Below, piece after piece: positions 27,769 through 48,830 of a stretch of DNA of 64,000 nt. How positions within the stretch are numbered: position 1 is the stretch's first letter; every line of letters begins with the position of its first letter. The DNA is from Tubiluchus corallicola (taxonomy: Eukaryota > Animalia > Priapulida). A program made the translations under genes and the position numbers. The notes below the pieces were generated by a model. The model was not told the DNA's origin and did not search any database. It saw nothing but the letters and a program-made list of their open reading frames with translations. The stretch spans positions 808,441 through 872,440 of the forward strand of contig JAQGDQ010000039.1 in assembly GCA_030141605.1 (NCBI GenBank), in the 5' to 3' direction.

Positions 27769-27824
27769 TAATTAATTATGCTAGAATATAAATTTTGTGA
27801 TGCAATAACACCTTGTATTGAGTT

Positions 27825-28749
27825 TTAAAGTTTACCTAGGTCCTCCTCACATTGAATTTCAATGACTTGGCTTGAATCATCTCTTCGCAAGAACATTTTC
27901 CCGTATTTTGTCCAGCAGTACTTCATTTTGTGGTCCTTAGCGTCCCTACATTGTTTGTGTAGTTTTCTCCTTGTTGAAGTCAAGGATTCGTTGATGTAGA
28001 TGTGGTTATCAGTATACGATGCATAGTCAAGATTTTTAGTGCTTCCGGCATTTCTTCTAGCACCATAAAGTTCATCCCGTTTGTCACGTCTTGCGAATTT
28101 TACAATAATTCGTGGAGGCCCTCCATTTTTAGGTGCTGCCAATCTATGTGATGTACTAATATCTTGCGGGTGCACTTCCACTCCCATATTTCTGGCTACA
28201 CTTAGCACTATGTCATTTGTAACTTCATGAGGAGTCTCTACGCTCATATTGTTCTAGTTTGTCTAGTTCACTTTCGGTAGTTTTTATTCTGTTTTGTAAT
28301 GTTTTAACAGTAGTTTTCAGTACCTTGTTTTCGTCTCTCAAATGTTCCATGTCTTGTTGATATTTGTTCAGTTGTTCTTGAAAACCATCAAATTTGTGGC
28401 TTAGAAAAACTTGCGATTTGGTTACCTCAGCAAGTTCTGCCATAAGGTCATCAATCCTCACAACTTTGCTACTAATAAACGTCAGTTGCTTCTGGAAACC
28501 TTCTACAAATTTTTGAATGTCTGAAGTAGGCTGCACTTGTCCAGCTAAATTAGATGCTGAATCCAAGGTTATTTCCGCTGTATTACAAGCACTCATTTCT
28601 CTGTCACCTTGTTGTGTAGGCATCAGCTGCTCAGTTTGCTGACTAATCACTCTCGGATTCTTCTCGACCCGATTTAGGCATAAATCTTCAGACGTTTTGC
28701 TTGCCTGGCGTGTTAATATTCCTACTCGTTTTGGCATTAGCCTTTGCAA
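27825..28749 (-). pseudogene. LINE ORF1 (coiled coil + RRM-like + FP25K-like C-terminus), frameshifted near 28240
   Basis: Coiled coil ending LEQYERRD, then DISTSHRL, IIVKFARR, IYINESLT and KYCWTKYGKMFLRR, typical of L2/Crack-type ORF1. Confidence 0.85.
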
Positions 28750-29283
28750 AGTAAATTCTGATTAAATTAACTGCTATTCCACTTATTTTAACAATTTTGT
28801 TAACTTTTGCGGTAATTTAAAAAAAAACACAACCGCCATGTACGACTACAGCGCCGCCAATCTAACGCCACAGATGCTAAGTAAGTAAGTATCTTTATTA
28901 ATCACCTTTTTTACAAGAAAAACACAGAGCATGAAATGATAATGTGATAATATGATACAAAGTGACAAAATTATTAAATGAATAAATTATCTGTGTTAAT
29001 GATATTCGAGTGATTGGTGAAAGGGTATAATGTAATACCAGGGTAAGAGTTAAAAAAGGACAGATTGATTAAACCACATGTTATAAATATCTAGGGGATT
29101 ACAGACAAAAGGATGGAAAAAAAAGATGTAAATATTTCTAAAAGAGAAGAAAAAATGGGATCAATGGTGCGAGATGTTTTAAACTGGGGTGATACAAACA
29201 AAGTTGCTAGGTTTGCAATGCAGATAAGCTCCTAGAATCTATTATGATACCCGTAGTGTGGCTGATTGAACAGAGAATAGATT

Positions 29284-29767
29284 CAGTGGCAGTTCGTAGC
29301 TAAAATTAGTGGGGGTGCTGCAAAATTAAACATTTTTAGCCCTTGTTTTAATACTGTGTAATTTTAATGTTGTAATTTTAAACAAGCTAATTTAAACATA
29401 GCCTTGATAAACTCCTAAACAAAAAATATTGTTTTGTTACTAATAGCCTAAATTGTCACAGTTCAAGAATATGCCGATGTACGGAAATTAAGCACATGAC
29501 AACTGACAACACGTACTGCAATGAGCGACAGTACTCTTTCTACCCAAAGTACAGCGTCTCATCTCAGACGTGCTCATGACCGCATGCGCTCAGTAGCCAA
29601 ACACTGCATTGCTTGGGCTGTGAAGCAAATTGTACTTCCCTCATGTGTTCCAGTTACACAAAGGAATAAAGAAATAACTAAAGAAAAAAGTTTATTGTAT
29701 TGAATATTACCGATAATAATGAGTGAAAACAGGGGGTACTGCAGTACCTATACACTAGCCGCCACTG
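29284..29767. mobile_element. hAT-type MITE with intact 8 bp TSD
   Basis: CAGTGGC...GCCACTG termini, flanked on both sides by AATAGATT (29276-29283 and 29768-29775). Confidence 0.88.
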
Positions 29768-29789
29768 AATAGATTACAAGAGACCGATG

Positions 29790-30240
29790 TTTTTGCATAA
29801 TCTAGTAAGCGACATTTGCTTCACTGCTAAGACATCCGCTAGGCTTGACCTGTTGCGCTCGTCCCTTCAAGAAGTTGTCCAATTTTTAAGTAAAGGATCT
29901 CTGGGCCATAGAGTTTTTTGCGGAACTGATTCAAAAACTTTCTTCAGATCTAGAGTATCAACTGCTCCCTCGTTGTTTATAATATCTGTCCTTTCTTTAA
30001 GCACTTCTAATAGCTGCAGAATACAAAACCTTCCCCTTTTAATTCCATATTGTTTGATACTCAGTACATTGTTTTCCTCTAAGTATTTCATCAGGTCATC
30101 TGGTATGAAAGATTCTAGTGGCTTGCGAATTACGGTTATGAGAGGTAGCCGTAAATTTAACAAGTACTGTGTATCAAATGACAACCATGTGAGTCGTGAC
30201 AGTTGGTCTCGAATACTATTCTTTAAAGGAGCACTGTCAT
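29790..30240 (-). mobile_element. Degenerate CR1-like RT fragment
   Basis: KPLESFI..YLEENNVLSIKQYGIKRGRFCILQLLEV..GAVDTLDLKKVFESVP matches eroded RT motifs 1-3. Confidence 0.7.
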
Positions 30241-30953
30241 CTTTTTACAAGCATGTGTATTTGTGATGAATCCATGTCATAGTATAACATGCTATGTGTA
30301 ACCTCAGTGTTTGGCGAAAAAGCCACCTCCATTTGGCCTATGACATCATTTGGATCAAAAGTGGTATTCCACAACTCAGTAAGCACATTAAACTACTACT
30401 GTAGAAACATGCAAAAATAGTACAAAAGCAGTTGTTGTCCATATTTACTTATTTACTCTTCAACACTTTTTTAACGTGGATTCCGCTCCCAGGTTGTTAG
30501 GCATTGCTTATATTTATGTATCTGTAACAGTGAATGTGAGTTTTCATTGCAAGTTAATACTGTAGCATCTTTTAGTTAACTCGTGTTTCAGTAATCAGAT
30601 TAAAACGTGTATTACGAAATCACTGGCTTTAATTAATAGATTTAACCATCTCTCATTTCATAATTGTTTTACTTTTCAATCTCTCTCTCTCCCTTCACCC
30701 CTCCCTCTCTCTGTTTCTCTCTCTCTGCCTTTCTCTGTCGCTCTCTCTCTCTGCCTTTGTCTCTCTCTTGCTCTCTTGCTCTCCCTTCGTGTCTTACTGC
30801 AAACTACTTCACTATCAAGAATTTGTACACCTGCTTCCTACCCTGCTGCTTTCATCCTATTTTTTTCTTGAACTTTAATGTCATTGACTAACTGCTCTAA
30901 AGAAGCAACACTATTTGCAGGTTCTTATGTATTGACTGGACACTATCATAAAC

Positions 30954-37959
<7,006 letters not shown>

Positions 37960-39742
37960 AGGGCAGCAATTCTAGATTTTGTACTTGTCGTTAGGGACTG
38001 TAGGGTGATCCGTAGGGTTACATGTGAAAGTTTTGTAATTAATCTAGTGTGCAAATTGTAAATATAAAGTGTTTATTGAATTAGAGCATGACATTTGTCT
38101 ACATGCATAATCACCAAATAAATTTTCCCAAACTTTTCAAACTATTCACATGTCAAACATTGAATGCCTTTCAAAGTATTAGTTCCATCTAGAATTTGTG
38201 GTGAGAATACGTTCTTGCCCAGGTGAATACATTTTTAATCTACTGATTTGTTCTATACATAATTAGAATGTTTATAAGGTTATAAGGCGTGGAAATGTGG
38301 ATGTTTCACTGCAAGCTTTATATATGAAGGTCAAGTCAAATAAATGTTTTGAAGTCTATTATAGGTTTCTTTCCCAGCACGAGGAATCCAGTATAAAGAT
38401 TTTTTTAAAGTAAAAGGTATTAACAAATTTAAGTACTTTTTGGAATTTTTTAAGAACTTGCATACTGCATTTTCATTTTGAGGAAGAAACCAGAATTACC
38501 GAGGAAGGGACCAGACTTCAAAATATTTCTCATTTGACTTAGTTTTTGTATTAGACGTAATGCACATCTGCGTATTCGTCCATTTTATATCTTTTAATTG
38601 TATATGTTTGCTGATGCTAATTTTATTAAAGCTTAGTATACTGCATTTAAAATATTGGTCTCACCATGAAACTGAAGGAACAGTAACAAAATTTAAAATT
38701 CGTATAGTTTTCGTCAAATCGCATCACAATATTTAAGCTTTGCATTTATTTGTTTTGAGAAATTTTAATTTTGTAGAAGTTTTGACTGGCTGTTTGCTGG
38801 TTAAACTATAAACACGTTTTCCATATTATTTTTTTCCGTATTACTTACCAAGTTCTATACATCATTCAAATTGTCTCATTTTATTCCATTAGCAGCTCCA
38901 GCCTACTCTATACTCCGATATGCAAGCTAATTTCCGTGTACATTGGCTGTTAAATTTATCTTTTTGGTATTATCCTCTATTTGTTCTTTTTTGGTATTAT
39001 TTTCAAAATGTGCAACAACTTTTGAAATGAATTTAGTTGTCACTTGTGTTTATAATTATTGTTTGTGGAATACGATTTATTGTATAGAAACATCTTTATT
39101 AGATAGAGTGATATTTAAAAATGGCCTTGAAGAAAAGTATTTGGAAATAAGATTGAAAAAAGATTGAAAACCTGTTTATTTTATTATGACGTTATATTTT
39201 AGAATGCCAACTTTTGATGAAATTTGTTATCAATAGCAATTCTCAAGTGTTAGTTGCAAATTATGTAAATACATATCAGGGTTGCAGTACTGTAAATGTG
39301 TAAGGTAAATAAGGCCGGTAATGTCCATCCAGGTAAATTTGTTTGTTGTAATTTCTGTTTAACAATGTAATCGTAAAATTATGTCGGGCAGCATAGTGCT
39401 AATGCATCTTGAGTTTTAAATTGTCATTTAGTGCTCGTTAATTGTGTTCTGTGGTTTATGTGCTCAAATAAATAATCTTAATGCTTCTATTTTTGCGTCG
39501 CAGTATGTTAAGTTATTAAGTATGGTAAGTTACGCATTAATAGTCTTAAAGTCAGGTTTTAGAAAGAAATTTGAAACAGAAATATAAATTTTAATTATTA
39601 TTTATTAGTTATCCAACTTGCTGACTATGCTTAAATGAACACCATATCATATACGATTATAAAATACAGCATGATAAAACAAATTCCTCTTTATAAAAGT
39701 TTTTTTTAAAGTTGCTTTTCTAGGAGAGTTTGCCCACATTCA

Positions 39743-39875
39743 GATGCATCAAGTGCGCAGGGAGATGGCGAGCGATGGATGCATCAGTGCGCAGGGAGAT
39801 GGCGAGCGATGGATGCATCAGTGCGCAGGGAGATGGCGAGCGATGGATGCACCAGTGCGCAGGGAGATGGTGATG
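39743..39875. repeat. GC-rich minisatellite, 34 bp unit, about 3.8 copies
   Basis: Unit GATGCATCAGTGCGCAGGGAGATGGCGAGCGATG starts at 39743, 39778, 39812 and 39846. Confidence 0.95.
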
Positions 39876-40109
39876 CATGCAAATGATTCGTCTCGCCTTT
39901 TCTTGTCGACCAACCATCACGTAATATTTCGGTGGAACACTATTCATAAAATCTTATGTAATGGTATGAGCCAGCAACAACAGTAGCCGTCGTCGTTACC
40001 GTTGTCATAATAGTAGTTAGTAGACTTTATCTAGCATTAGTAAGTGTCAAGTACACGTAGACATATGACGCATGCGAGTAGCAGCAATATAATGAAATTT
40101 AAAAAAACT

Positions 40110-40357
40110 GTTCTCGTTTGTCATGGTTCTCGGTTTAGAAGCCACCAAAATTTCAAATGAATTTATTCTAATAAATTACAATTCACGTTCAATAATGTAC
40201 AAGTAGAATATTGTAACATTGAGCCGATGGTGCTTATACGCTTGAAAAAACAGTAGCAAAGTGAAATTATAGAATCAAGTAACTCGCCAGATATTTAATC
40301 TAATGTGCTTCATGTCGGTTGTCATTACGGAGCAGGTGCTGAGGTAGAAAACGCACT
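40110..40357 (+). mobile_element. Truncated copy of the tRNA-derived SINE found at 42.2 kb
   Basis: 40210-40357 aligns with 42298-42472 (shared TGTCGGTTGTCATTACGGAGCAGGTGCTGAGGT). Eroded B-box GGTTTAGAAGCC near 40132. Confidence 0.6.
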
Positions 40358-40360
40358 TTT

Positions 40361-42070
40361 TCAAGAATAAATCTGTGGTAATGTTCCAAAATCAATAAAG
40401 CATCCTGAATAATTGGTGATTATCAAGCAAAGGTTTAGACTTGGCTGATAATTATTTTGACCTATTGTGTTCTCGTTCGCCTCTGTAGGACCCCAGGATT
40501 TGCATTTGGCATTAAAATCGCCTATAAAGATAAGGCAATACGGTTGCTTCAACGTGTTGTTTAAAAGATTGTCATATGACTGTTGTAACTTTTCTATAAA
40601 CTCGTTCTCTTCCTGGGATACTTGAGATGGCGAACGATAACATAAACACATAAATAATACTAGCTTTTAATTGATTCTCAAACCATAAAAACTCGTAGCA
40701 ATTGTGAGGTATAATATCAGCATGAACCTTAAAAATAATGGCAGTTGATACACGTTCTCGCGTTCGCGTGGATGAAGGAAAAACACTAGTAGTTGCGTCT
40801 TTACACTGAAGGTCAGAGAATCACATTTCTTTACTCCACGCCACATGCTTACCTCCGCAATTATTGCACTTTTCAGTTTCGGATTCACAGGACTCAGTTT
40901 GGTGATTTGGGGAACACTTCCCACAAACAGGGCTTGATCGACAACAATTAGCTACATGATTATATTTATAACAGTTGTAACAAATAATAGGTTTGTTCTT
41001 AATAACAAATTTTTCAACCTGATAAAACACGTTACCAATGTGTATTCCTTCCGAAGTTGCTTTTTCTGAAGACTTTTGAAAGGTCACTTTTACGAGTGGT
41101 AATGCAGAACCATCCTTACGCCTAAATCTTGTTATTTGCGCACCATCGTAGTATCGAGTGACATCAGATAATACCTCGTCGTCACGTAAGCTGGAGTCAC
41201 AGTCTCGTATTAGGCCCAGAACTTCACTAGTCGGTAGCCTTGCACTAGTATTAGTTCCCAAATAGTGAGGCTGCCATTTGTTCACTATGTTTGTTGCTTC
41301 TTCTTTAGATTTCAACTGGAATTGAATTTTGCCTCTAGTTGTGATAAGAACATTCTCGAAACGTTTACGTGGGAAATGCTCACACAAGTGTTTCTTTACT
41401 GAGAGACTCGTTTGCACAATTTCCTTGTCTTTTACATTGTCTATTATAACAGTATGATGGGGTCATAAGTATGACTTGTTTTGACATTCAGTTTGGGTGT
41501 TGCCCTAGTTTCGCGAGCCTTAGCACAAGACATAGCTACGGATCCTGCTACCGCGTTGCTCCAAGAAGGTTTAGCGTTCACTGCCTTTTCAGCCATTGTT
41601 TCTATTTTTTGATTTAAGATGGCAAATCGGTTTTCTAGGTCTGAGGCACGCACTAACTGATTCGGTTTTGAAGATAAAATGTTTATTACTTCCGTTACAT
41701 GGTTTAAGTTTTTGCTGACTTTAATTAAATGAATTGCTACCGATTTTAGATCAGAAACAATATCTTCGTCAATATCTGCTCAGGCGCATAGAATTATCTG
41801 AGAATTTGTACCTTCCGCACTTGAAACAAAGCTTTTATTCTGCTCAGCCTGACAATAACATTTGTCACACGAGAAAGCTTCCACTTGTCTTGGCTTTACT
41901 GTTGGACAAGTTTTTCGACAAACTTGGCAGCTACTTCGCCCATGTTTCTGGTTGCTTCTTGACTGTTCTGCGTTATTCATACTGCTGCGGGTAATTGAAC
42001 TCTATTATCCAGCAATCACTAGCCAATAATGACCTGGAATAACGACGTTACCAGACGGGTTTGCCAAATA
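40361..42070 (-). mobile_element. LINE 5' part: gag-like ORF1 with zinc knuckles plus endonuclease fragment; RT absent
   Basis: CYNCYKYNHVANCC, CGKCSPNHQTESC and CNNCGGKHVAW knuckles (40821-41417). APE motifs LCYRSP and IGDFNAK..SWG (40361-40651). Cys-rich PHD-like remnant at 41780-41980. Confidence 0.82.
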
Positions 42071-42224
42071 TTCTTACTACCACAACTTTTGCATCAATAT
42101 AAAGTCACCATGAAGCGCAGACGACATTTACACGTCAATAACAATTGTTATGACGAAGATGCACGCTTTCCAACAAAAAACTAACAATTTTCAGAGCAAG
42201 ATCAGTTCACGACTTCGCACCTAC

Positions 42225-42602
42225 ACAGCTCGTAAAAACAACCGATCTAAGGTTGTAGGTTCGAATCCGCTGAGGGCGCTTAGGACTACTGGCCATCAGT
42301 GTAACGTTGAGCGGATGGTGCTGATTCTCTACGCTATAGCACAGTTGTGAAGAAAACGCAAAAAAGCAGTAATAAAAGTTAAATTATAGAATCATGTAAC
42401 TCGCCAGATATCTAATGCAATACGCTCTATGTCGGTTGTCATTACGGAGCAGGTGCTGAGGTGGAAAACACACCTGCCCGTCAACCCCCATTGAACCGAC
42501 GAAGCCATTCCATAGCGACGATTTTGTACCTGGTATTCAACGCCACTAGGCAATGGCTTCGTAAGGACGAGACCACCAGTGCAGAGGGGGGTCAAAAATA
42601 AA
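42225..42602 (+). mobile_element. tRNA-derived SINE with a structured 3' part
   Basis: Perfect B-box GGTTCGAATCC at 42258-42268, body repeated at 40.2 kb, A-rich end AAAAATAAAT. The A-box is not recognisable. Confidence 0.6.
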
Positions 42603-43362
42603 TGGCATTTCGTCCGCGTAACAATGGATTAAATAGCAGAAAAATCACATATACTTTTATATCTTTTGTCTGTGCATATATCAGTAAAGCTATTCACCAG
42701 TACAACTAATATTATGTCAAAAATACCGAGCTGTCATCTGCTATCACTGACCACGTTCGTACAACATTGTCAAATAAATCGGGCAATTACATCCCCATTA
42801 CTATATATAGTCACACGTTTGCTAACACGCCATTAGTTGGTAACAAAACCAACTTGATACTGCAACTCGATTAGGAATGGAAAATTTAGGCCTCGTTACG
42901 TTTATGATGATTAGTGTGCTAATTCATATTATTATTGCTATACGGGGGCGTTGTGCGCTCAGCAATTTTCCCATTTCGCGTAATGATGACGCCTCGCAGA
43001 TTCGTAATAACGGACTAACTCGTCAAATATAGCATCTTGGTATTTCTTATCTGAACATTTATCAAATCATCAGAACACCACAAAAGCTCTTGGCTGCTCA
43101 TGTACTAATTGCGTTGGATTAGCTGCTATCACCTGATTTGGTTCGCATTCACCGCTCACAAGTATATTATGTTGTCTATAGGTAGGCAGGGTCTTTTTCA
43201 GCTGAAGTTAGACAGTGGTAAAAGCTGCCATAACATAACATATAGCATGACTCCTAACAAACTTATGCTACAGCCATTTCATTGCGTTTTCATTAGTACT
43301 GCCTCATCGTTTCTTTCCATTTTTTTACAATTTACAATTCCTCACACGCTTTTAACCTTAAT

Positions 43363-44513
<1,151 letters not shown>

Positions 44514-45960
44514 ACCTTAATCCTAACCCCAATTCTAACTCTAATCCTAATCCGCTCCACGAACTAATTTCTTGCGTGTGGACAATTGTATTCTGCCCCT
44601 AACACCTAACAATACGCTATGCTTTGCAGTTGGGCTTTTCAAGTCCTAGCTTTTAGTTCAGCTACAAGCAGTTGCGTGTTAATTGTTCACATATTAATTA
44701 ATTAATTGCTCCCTTGAAAAGTAATTATAATGGTGTTTTCTCTAATAAACAACCATTTTAATGAAGCCAATGTGACAACTCTCTGATGCATTACCGAAGA
44801 CTTCTCTCATGACCGCCTACTGTTAATACGTCATTTAACGAGATTAGGAAATAATGATTGTACAAGCCACAGATGTGCCTATAATACGAGTTGCGTCGAA
44901 GTTTGAAGGTGAATTTACCGTGACGTAACTTCGTGTGTTTCCAAAAGAAGTCATTATTCAAGTAATTTGTTTAAAAACATCACCATTGATTATCGTCATA
45001 CACGCTGCAGTTCATATTCTTATTATCATTTTATTTTTTAATGACATAATTTTGTTATGTACATTCATTTTTGTGTCTTGTATGTGTGCGCGTACTAACG
45101 TATGCATCTGTGTGCACTTTTCTTACTGGAATAACTTCTAATGACTAAAAGTAAAATTTGTAAAATACAAGTACTTGCAATGGCGATAACAGCACTGGCA
45201 ACACTAACGGCAACAGCAACAACACTAAACCGATGAGAATGACCATCACCGTCACATCAACGCCGCCACCATCACCACCGCCACACCCCCACCATCAACA
45301 ACAACAACATTGGACATTTAGTCTTCACATGCAATTTTAACAGCTACTTGCAATTTTTAATCACTTGAAGGTTTTTAATTGTACTCGGACATACATGAAA
45401 CATGTAAATAGTTTTTTATTATTATCCTGAAAGCAGGTTTTTTGAACTCAAAGTACACAAAAGACCAGACCACCAAATTACAAAAATTGTGGAATAAACG
45501 TTATCCAAGTACAATAATTTTTAATTATATTGTTTGTGAAAGATTTACTCATTATGTGAAAATCTGCATCAACTAGCAAGTGTGTATCGTTCAATGTCTT
45601 TGCAGGTACATGTAGCTTGTGTCCTAGCTTTGTTAACATTTTGCAGATTTGATATTCCATTAGTTGAAATGCTTGGGAAAAGTTCAACTTAGGTCTTGTT
45701 GCTACTGATTTGAGAATGTCACAAAAAAAACTTGGAGGTATGTGGTCGTATGTTTGTCTCAAAGTCACTCTTGCACAGAAGTAGCCACCAAGCAAGAGTT
45801 TTGCCATCCTATATTGCTACGTGCAGAATAAAAAGAACACGCGCACTAACACACATGCTCTGCTTGTTGCCATAATTCTTAACCAGACAGTCTATATTAG
45901 CTCATGCATCTGCTCAGAAAAGTGCGTTCAATTCTGACATGACATCACCATTTCCCGCAA

Positions 45961-46215
45961 TGACGTCATGTTACTCCTACACACTCTAGGCTAGCTCTCA
46001 CAATTCGCCCGGTTTTGGCGAACTAGTTGCAGACTATTGGTAGGAAAAGGAGACTGCAGATTCGAATCTGCACGAAACTGGTTAAAAACGATGGTCTAAA
46101 ATGTCGCCTAATATAAATAGCTATCAAAATCACTGAGGTCTTCGATTATTTGTGCCAATAAGACTTAGTAGAGACGCGCGCACGAAAAGTGTAAACCGGT
46201 GCACCGTTTTTAAAG
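45961..46215 (+). promoter_or_regulatory. Candidate CRE + TATA promoter and non-coding first exon, probably of the cystine-knot gene
   Basis: TGACGTCA at 45961-45968, TATAAATA at 46112-46119 and consensus donor AAG|GTGAGT at 46216. A small candidate exon at 47599-47627 follows. Assignment to the gene is inference. Confidence 0.4.
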
Positions 46216-47695
46216 GTGAGTTGAGAATTTTACAGTTCCATTCGTATAAAAAATCTAGTCATAATGGTTAGCATGCTTAGAATGACACAAACAACGACGA
46301 CTAAAACAAAAAAGTCGGTTAAAGCTGCAAAATTATCATATAATAATCATATACATTCTCGAGTTTAATGTCAAAATTAGAAAGCCGTAAATTACGTAAA
46401 TGTTTGCAATATACATAGAGAAAATTCACGTAAAGCTAGCGAGGTTGTACTCCTACCGCTAATTATAAAATGCTTGTATAACTGGAAATTATGCAAGTTT
46501 GTTCGTGTATGTTATTAACTATTTACACGGCTTCGTTACAAAGTGTTGCACTTTCCTTTCACTCGTGTAAAAAATGAGAGGTTTTGTTGCAAAATATTTA
46601 TATAGGTAGGTGGGCTTATAACGACAAATTTTAAATTTTTCAATGACATTTTTTTCAATTTTCGGGAAAAAGTACGCATTTTTGACTAACAATTCTGACA
46701 TCAAAACTCAGAATTGCAAATTTCATCCTGCAAATAGTAGGCTGTATGTGTATATATTGTGCAAATAAAGATTTATTCATCATCATCATCATCATCATCA
46801 AAACTCATGACTTCTACCGTTAATAATTACTATTAGTGTAAGATGCTTAGTGTATTTGGCATTATGCAGTAAAAAGTAAAGTTTCTTGTAAAAGTAAGAC
46901 AAGCTTTATTTAAAATTGTTCGTGGGCTTATAATAACAAATTCTCGAAATTTCTCATTTTTTTGCGAAAAGAGTGAAAACGCGTGTGAACTTGAGTACTT
47001 AGAGTTAGTTTTAAGCTCATGTTGGCAGGTATTATTGTTAACAATAAAAAACCTGTGCACTTTTCCTGTTTTGGGTAAATGTCAGTTTATTGTTACTGCT
47101 CTACGCCATTATGATTTCCACGCCTATATCAGCGTGCATAAGTAAATATGACGTTGTTTGTTCGTTGCACGAGTTTATTACAGACGGCAAGTAATAAGCG
47201 TGTGAAACAACACTCACGTTATACAACACCTCGCATATATTATCGTGTCATATTTACCTACCAATAAGTGATAAAGTAAGCCGTCAACACATTGTAATTT
47301 CTGACCAAATAATGTGGCATGTATGAACGGATCATACACAGTCAAACACACACACCTCCGCAAAATAGTGCGAACTTCGCGTTTTCGCTCCTGCTCAGCT
47401 GTTTGAGTTTTATATTAAGTATGAAATGGATTGAAAAATTATAATCCCGCACGTGTTAATGTTCACATAGTTGCGTTTAGAAGTGCAGTTTGTTAGATTA
47501 TAGAATAGGGAATTTATGTGCTTTAATCGTGCTTGGCTAGCGATTTTCGAATCTCTCGATTTTTTCCTTCAAATGATCAGTTTTCTTTCTTCTTTTAGGA
47601 AAGTTGGCTTTGTACTGTCCATTATTGGTAAATTGGAAGCTATGGAAATAATATTTTGTTTTATGTAAAAATAAATTTCTGTTCTGCTGTGTTCC

Positions 47696-47845
47696 ATTCT
47701 ATTCTATTCTATTCTATTCTATTCTATTCTATTCTATTCTATTCTATTCTATTCTATTCTATTCTATTCCATTCCATTCCATTCCATTCCATTCCATTCC
47801 ATTCCATTCCATTCTATTCTATTCTATTCTATTCTATTCTATTCT
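47696..47845. repeat. (ATTCT)n/(ATTCC)n pentanucleotide microsatellite
   Basis: Directly visible. Confidence 0.97.
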
Positions 47846-48529
47846 ATTTTGTTCTGCTCTGTTCTATTCTAATCTATTTTGTTTTATTAATATTCTGTTT
47901 TGTTCTATCTTATTCTGAGCTCAGTGCAAAGGTGGAGCAATAATAATAATTAAATAGCACATTACAGAATTGGAAGAAAAAATGCTACTGGGCAATAAGT
48001 GTAAGGCCTTACACCTAATTCAGACCAGCATTCAGAGACACTTAGCTTGGGCGCAGAATAAGACTTCTAAAATGAAGATTACCGTTAGATCATCGTTAAA
48101 ATCATTGCTACAAAAATCCTCGTTATGTTCGCCTTTAAACTGTACGAATCTGACAAAAGTGATATGGACATTAAAAATCATTTTACTTATTAAACAAAAT
48201 ATTGTTATTAATGATAGCAACGAAGGTCAGTCATCAGCTACAAGCATATAAACTAAATCGCACCTGCTCGCAAAGCACGTACCGTACATTTTAGTAACGA
48301 CTATTTAGTGTTTCACAATAAAATACTCAGGAGATTTCGATCCTATTGAGTCTGTTTATTGTTTTCAGCCTCACTTTTAAGTAATAGTCATATTTAATGA
48401 ACATTACAATGTACAGAAACTGTGAATGGTGTATGAAATATGTGATAACCTTGTCAATTTAAATTTTGATTAATTTTTGAATATGTACCGCGGTTAGGCC
48501 TTAGGGCAACAGCTATGAATTATTTAAAA

Positions 48530-48830
48530 ATTATTGCAGGTTGAATATATTTAAATTTTCCTTTTTGAATAGAGTTATTGAAATTTGGAACTCTTTGCCA
48601 GAAGATGGTGTATGCTAACTCTGTACAGTATTTGATTCAAAATAAAAAAAAGAATTTAATGATCTTTTGTAAATTTACTTGCGACTAATAACTTTGAGGT
48701 GCCTGCAAGAGCTTCTAGGCTTGGTGGTCTTCTCCATTCAACAAACTGTTAATTTATATATACTGTAATTACGACTTTGTATTTGTGCAGTTTTTCTGTA
48801 ATTTAATTTTTATGTTGAAGGTATAAATAC
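48530..48830 (+). mobile_element. Short CR1-like LINE 3' remnant
   Basis: FLNRVIEIWNSLPE motif at about 48562-48603, followed by a T-rich 3' UTR-like stretch. Confidence 0.5.

Larger units (their letters stand above)
23765..28870 (-). mobile_element. Near full-length, decayed CR1/L2-group (Crack/Daphne-like) LINE
   Basis: ORF1 and PHD-APE-RT ORF2 in the expected order. The 3' UTR ends in AATAAA plus a (TTGAA)n tail at about 23765-23785, preceded by a stem-loop-like GC segment (23845-23890). The 5' boundary is approximate. Confidence 0.92.

Noticed and set aside
39743-39875. CRISPR-like array
   Set aside because: The units are contiguous with no unique spacers, there are no cas genes, and the context is eukaryotic.
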